Below, piece by piece: positions 59,485-64,000 of a DNA stretch of 64,000 nt. Both the position numbers and the translations under genes were made by a program. The stretch is taken from IMG/VR virus record IMGVR_UViG_3300022602_000041. The stretch is one strand, 5' to 3'. Position 1 is the first letter of the stretch. Each line of letters starts with the position of its first letter. This DNA is from an uncultured virus (IMG/VR IMGVR_UViG_3300022602_000041). Its lineage: Duplodnaviria > Heunggongvirae > Uroviricota > Caudoviricetes. The notes under the pieces are model-generated. The model was not told the origin of the DNA and ran no database searches. It worked only from the letters and a program-made list of their open reading frames with translations.

Positions 59485-61224
59485 TGCGCCTGGTGCTGGA
59501 AGAGCACCTGCTGGTGCCGGAGGAGCCGCGCCAGGAGTTGCATTTTGTTCGCCTTCAGCACCTTCACCTCCAAAATCTTCTTCACTGGTCATATCACCTG
59601 CGGCATCTAAATCTGCTTCAATACCACTAGCAGATAGACCTGCACTACGCAATTCTCCAGCGGCATCTGTCATAGTTGGCTCGCCTTTGCCATTTTCTTC
59701 CGCCCACATGCGTTCATTTTCTGCAACTTCTTCTGCTGTTAAGCCTAAGAAACGTTTCATAGCAAAGCGTTTTGATACAAAAGGAATCGCTTGTATGGTA
59801 TTAAATGTATTAATACGCTCAGTGTCAATTGCCGCTTGACGTGAACTAGCAAAATTCATTGGAGGATTGAACACTAATTCAAACAAACTACTGTCAATGT
59901 TTAAACCTTTGCTATTCAAATACATTTTGAACTCTTCATCAAATGTACTTGTTAACAAATATTGCAATCTTTCACAATATTTGTTAAAGCGTAGCTCTTG
60001 AATGTATGCCGTACCTACTCGACCATCATTGAAATTACTCTGTGAATCGTCTTGTCCAGTAGGCAAATAACTACTAGGTATACGTAATCCACGGAATAAC
60101 TTGTTAGTAAAGTACTTCAAATCATCGATTTCGCCAATATTCTTACCGCCTTCTAGCATTGTGACGTCTGATCCTTTGCCGTCTGCTGTTTTAGGGAAGA
60201 AATAATCTTCATTAATGCTTAGAGGGTTGTATGCAGAGTCTATGACGTTCTGTCCGCCACCTGTTTGTGACGGAATACGGCGTTGGTGTATCTCGTTTTT
60301 AACACGTTCTACAAATGCCATAGCCAAGTGACTAGGCATATTACCTACATCGATATGGAATACACGACGTTCTGGAGCACGTTGTATACGATAAATTAAA
60401 ATTGCATCTTCTAAAAGTTCTTTTTGTTTATAAACTTTGTAGACATTCTCTAATAAACTATTACCAAATGGATAATTTTGATCTAAACCTTCACTTAAAC
60501 TTAGATGAACCATGTGTTTAGCATCAATTGCATTTTCTTTGTATTGCAATCCAAACTTATTTCCGTTTCCGCCAGCACTACCGCCACCAGAAACACCACT
60601 TAAATAGCCGCTTGCAGGTTGGGGACCAGCTTGTCCACCGCCCATTCTAGGACTTACATTAGTGGTAATCTGTGTTGCAACAAGATTTTCAAAGTTAGGA
60701 GCAAGATCTTTTACAACATATTGTTCAGGTTTCTTACCTTCTGATTCGTTTACAATAACTTTTACAATATGTTGTGCATCTACATAACTCCATTTTTGAT
60801 TTTCTGGGTCACGAATAAAGAAAGCATCACCGTATTTGAATACATTACGAACAATTCTAAAAATTCTTGTGTCGAATTTTTGTAATTTATTCCATTGTTG
60901 TAAGTACTCACTTAAAATACGTACTTCACTGTTAGTTGCCTTATGACGCCATTTAACATCAAATGGACTATTGTTATCTTTTAATTTTTGTGTGCAAAAT
61001 TCTGCAAGAATATCTAAGGCAGCATTAACTTCTGGATCACTATCCATAACTTCATACTGTTGATAACGTTCAATACGGTTAGGACTACCTGTATAAACGT
61101 CTGGAAGATAACTGCTATAGTTTGTTCTTGCTGGCCCCGGACGAGATCCGTTATTGAATCCACTAATTGGACTTAGTGATCCTCCTTCAACATTAACTGG
61201 TGTAAAGTATTTTTTCCAACTCAT
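59482..61224 (-). CDS. gp20: Portal protein (T4 gp20-like)
   Basis: LLEDAILIYRIQRAPERRVFHIDVGNMP, EDYFFP, L.GG.N.GEIDD..YF..KL..GL.IP.S and EL.F.KYC.RLQ motifs. Confidence 0.96.
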   Translation of the reverse strand: MSWKKYFTPVNVEGGSLSPISGFNNGSRPGPARTNYSSYLPDVYTGSPNRIERYQQYEVMDSDPEVNAALDILAEFCTQKLKDNNSPFDVKWRHKATNSEVRILSEYLQQWNKLQKFDTRIFRIVRNVFKYGDAFFIRDPENQKWSYVDAQHIVKVIVNESEGKKPEQYVVKDLAPNFENLVATQITTNVSPRMGGGQAGPQPASGYLSGVSGGGSAGGNGNKFGLQYKENAIDAKHMVHLSLSEGLDQNYPFGNSLLENVYKVYKQKELLEDAILIYRIQRAPERRVFHIDVGNMPSHLAMAFVERVKNEIHQRRIPSQTGGGQNVIDSAYNPLSINEDYFFPKTADGKGSDVTMLEGGKNIGEIDDLKYFTNKLFRGLRIPSSYLPTGQDDSQSNFNDGRVGTAYIQELRFNKYCERLQYLLTSTFDEEFKMYLNSKGLNIDSSLFELVFNPPMNFASSRQAAIDTERINTFNTIQAIPFVSKRFAMKRFLGLTAEEVAENERMWAEENGKGEPTMTDAAGELRSAGLSASGIEADLDAAGDMTSEEDFGGEGAEGEQNATPGAAPPAPAGALPAPGA

Positions 61225-61236
61225 TGAGTATTATCC

Positions 61237-64000
61237 TTAGACTAACGCCCTATTACCAGTTGATTTGGCCGCATGTTTTGCTGTTTTGGCACTATGGTCA
61301 CTAATTTTTTCTGTATGGGCAGACATCATTTTTATACTCTTATTTAACTCTAATAAGTCATTGTGAAGATCTTTTAGTGTTACTGTAGTATCTTCATGTT
61401 TTGACTCGGTAGTTTTAGAAGCTGTATGAGCTTTATCCGCGGGACTCATTGTTTCTACTTTGTCTGCTAATTTTGCTTTGGCTTCTTCTGCTTTTAATGA
61501 TGATAATTTTTCTGGAGTTACACCGGATTGCCATGCTTTCAACTGCTCTTGCATCTCTTGCATCTTGATATTAACTGGATTTGCTGTAACTGTGCCTTGA
61601 GTTTTCTTATTGTCCATATTCTGAACATTAGCCATGTCACGTTTAATTAATTCGTCAGTTGACATGTCTTTGACATCTTTAACTTTACCAGTCATATTTT
61701 GCATGTTCTGCATGTCACGTTTAATTAATTCGTCAGTTGACATGTCTTTGACATCTTTANNNNNNNNNNNNNNNNNNNNNNNNNNNNNNNNNNNNNNNNN
61801 NNNNNNNNNNNNNNNNNNNNNNNNNNNNNNNNNNNNNNNNNNNNNNNNNNNNNNNNNNNCATGTCACGTTTAATTAATTCGTCAGTTGACATGTCTTTGA
61901 CATCTTTAACTTTACCAGTCATATTTTGCATGTTCTGCATGTCACGTTTAATTAATTCGTCAGTTGACATGTCTTTGACATCTTTAGCCGCACTAGTTTC
62001 TTTTTTCAGGGCAGTTTGTACAGCTAATATTTTATCATCTGATGATTTTTGTTGAGTAGTTAAGAAAGAAGCATTCATAGCTTCTAATTGATCCATAGCT
62101 GCCTTAGCTCCTCTAGATGCTCTAGAAGTTGTACTAGCTTCTTGAGTCGTAGCTATGTTAGCAAGAGAATCTCCTTGCTTCTTAATTTCTGTAGTTCTAC
62201 TTTCCGCAGTATTTTTATCAGCGGCTTTTAATGCATCAGCTTGTTTGATTAATTCTGCAATGCGTTCTCTAGCACTGGTATCACCGAGTGATTGCATTTT
62301 ATCGCTGTGTTCATCAAATGTTTCTCTTAATCGTATATTACCTGAGTCAGATATTTTAATCTGTGTATCAAAAGATCCTTCGCCGTGCTCTTTTATAATT
62401 TGAAGAGCTTCTTTTGCTTTAGCAACCAATGCCGAAGTATCTGTAGCTTCTCCGCCAGATGCTCCACCTTTATTACCAATCATACTGTTTAATCGATCTA
62501 AAGGAATAACTGCTTCTGCTTGCCCTGCTTCACCTATTGTAGCATCAGTGCCACCAGGTTTAGGTTCAACAACACCTCCTTCAGCTAAGTTTTGTCTTCC
62601 GCCACGAGTAACAGGAGATCCACTTGACTCTGGTTCAGCACTTTCTCCACGTCCGCCATGCGTAATAATTGGTGCTTGTGGTGTAGGACTCGATCCTGTA
62701 GCTGTTTGTGTATCTTTTACAGCTTTGCTTACTATATCAACTACCTTAGATATCTGGTCTCCAAAATCTTTTGTTGCCGTATCAAATGGTTTTTGTTTAC
62801 CTATTACTGTATCTAATAGTTTATTAAGCGGATCTAATACTGCTGGCATTTTGGCAATACGTGTGTCTAGCCCGTTAAGTGCGGCAGCCATTGCTGAAGC
62901 CGATTGTGATAATCGTTGTTGAGCTTCAGTTACTGCTCGTTGGGAACTTTGTCCGGCATCTTTACCAATATCTCCAGTTGTTTCGTCTCTTTTTAATCCT
63001 TGTAATCTTAAATCACTTTCTTTTTTCTGAGCTTCTTGTACTGCACCTGGTTCTCTGGTTCCTAATTGTCGTTCCCCTGCACGTATTCTACTACTTTCAG
63101 TATCTTCACTACGTACTTGTCTAAACTTTGCCGCAATCTCAGGTGTGGCATTTTGCATTACATTAGTATATTGTTTACTACCTTGGTATTCAGCAGCCTT
63201 AGCTTCGGCTAGTTTTAATGCTTGAGCCGCTTGTGCTTTTTGATCATCTGTCTGTGCCATTGCGGTCATTCGCATAGCACGTTGCATATCACCAGCGGCC
63301 GGCCCTAATGTCATCATAGTTTTGATATCATCTGGATTTAATTTTGCACCAGTTGCTAATTTTGCACTAAGATCTGCCATAGTTGAACCATGAGCGGCCA
63401 TTTTTGCTTGACCTTCAATGAATGATTCTCGTTGTTTTTCACTCATCTGCTCCATAGCGCCCATGATTTCAGGTTGTTTTAATCTTTCTGCTAACTCAGC
63501 TTCAATAGCATCTCTTGATCTACCTGTTGCTTGCGATACATCATATATTGTTTTTGCTAATTTTTTACTAGATTCAGCCGCTTCAGACTGTGCCGCTTGA
63601 CTTTCTAACTCTTTAGTGCGACCATACTGAGCTAAAATAGCTACTTTAGCTAGTTCATCTGACGCCATCATGCCTGATTTAACTAAACTTTTGTTACCAT
63701 CGGCAGCATCAGATGCTTGAACATTTTTTCCTAAAGTCAGTAATGCTTCTGATCCGCCTTGGGCAGTCATATTAAAACCACTTAATGCATTACCTGACTC
63801 TTTTAATTTGTTTCTATAATCTTCGGTTGTCATTTCTAACAATCGAGTTTTAGCATTCAAATCAAACATGCTATTGCCACCGATACCTGCGGCATTATTT
63901 TTTATAGTATCACGCTGTGCATCACCTAAAGTGGTTATAAAACTGGAAAGTTTATCTCCTACTAGCGGAATCATTCCTGCTAGTCTTCCCAAAGATCCAG
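61237..64000 (-). CDS. Tape-measure-like protein (5' end outside the window; split by an assembly gap)
   Basis: Long Ala/Gln/Lys-rich helical ORF with LAEGGVV...IGEAG.AEAVIPL, a motif typical of tape-measure C-terminal regions. The frame is open to the window edge and the same repeat is encoded on both sides of the gap. Confidence 0.65.
61633..61986. repeat. 78-bp tandem repeat (26 aa, MSTDELIKRDMQNMQNMTGKVKDVKD)
   Basis: Identical units begin at 61633, 61711, 61860 and 61938 (the second and fourth are partial); copy number unresolved because of the gap. Confidence 0.9.
61760..61859. other. Assembly gap (100 N)
   Basis: Run of N inside the tandem repeat. Confidence 1.

Noticed and set aside
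61237..61743. Separate 168-aa gene or frameshifted pseudogene
   Set aside because: The frame change is explained by the arbitrary 100-N gap inside a tandem repeat.
61633..61986. CRISPR array
   Set aside because: Contiguous in-frame coding repeats without unique spacers; no cas genes.
74..63600. Many short plus-strand ORFs antisense to the large genes (e.g. 74-259, 23772-24119, 39696-40070, 59357-59839, 62548-62922)
   Set aside because: Shadow frames of codon-biased minus-strand genes, with no promoters, SD sequences or recognisable motifs.
1..64000. Stop-codon reassignment, introns or inteins, tRNA genes
   Set aside because: Core genes are full length and dense under the standard code. Portal, protease, capsid and sheath motifs show no intein or intron signatures, and I saw no cloverleaf in the few intergenic gaps.

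Overview
The window is the virion-morphogenesis region of a large, AT-rich T4-like myophage (Caudoviricetes, probably an uncultured metagenomic assembly, with one 100-N scaffold gap). Almost everything is on the minus strand. Reading right to left: a tape-measure-like gene (truncated), portal gp20, an acidic prohead-core protein, protease gp21, scaffold gp22 and major capsid gp23. Next is a ~36 kb block of Ser/Thr/Gly-rich fibre or appendage genes. It includes two paralogous giants (3118 and 5309 aa), a Cys-rich trimeric-fibre-like protein and its probable chaperone. A glycosyltransferase-carbamoyltransferase-sulfotransferase triad follows. Then come an inverted gp14-gp15-Nudix island, gp13, dNMP kinase, an HNH-like gene, a greatly enlarged sheath gp18, tube gp19, a tube-initiator-like protein, gp4, a gp16-like protein and probable internal head proteins. 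T4-type late promoters (nATAAATA) precede most units. The most striking unexplained structure is the appendage block. It is built from a three-times repeated gene unit, its proteins appear to grow by Russian-doll nested domain insertions, and it is followed by its own putative glycan-decoration enzymes. Two structured late 5' leaders and two promoter-overlapping hairpins suggest RNA-level control. All functional calls come from motif recognition by eye; no database searches were run.
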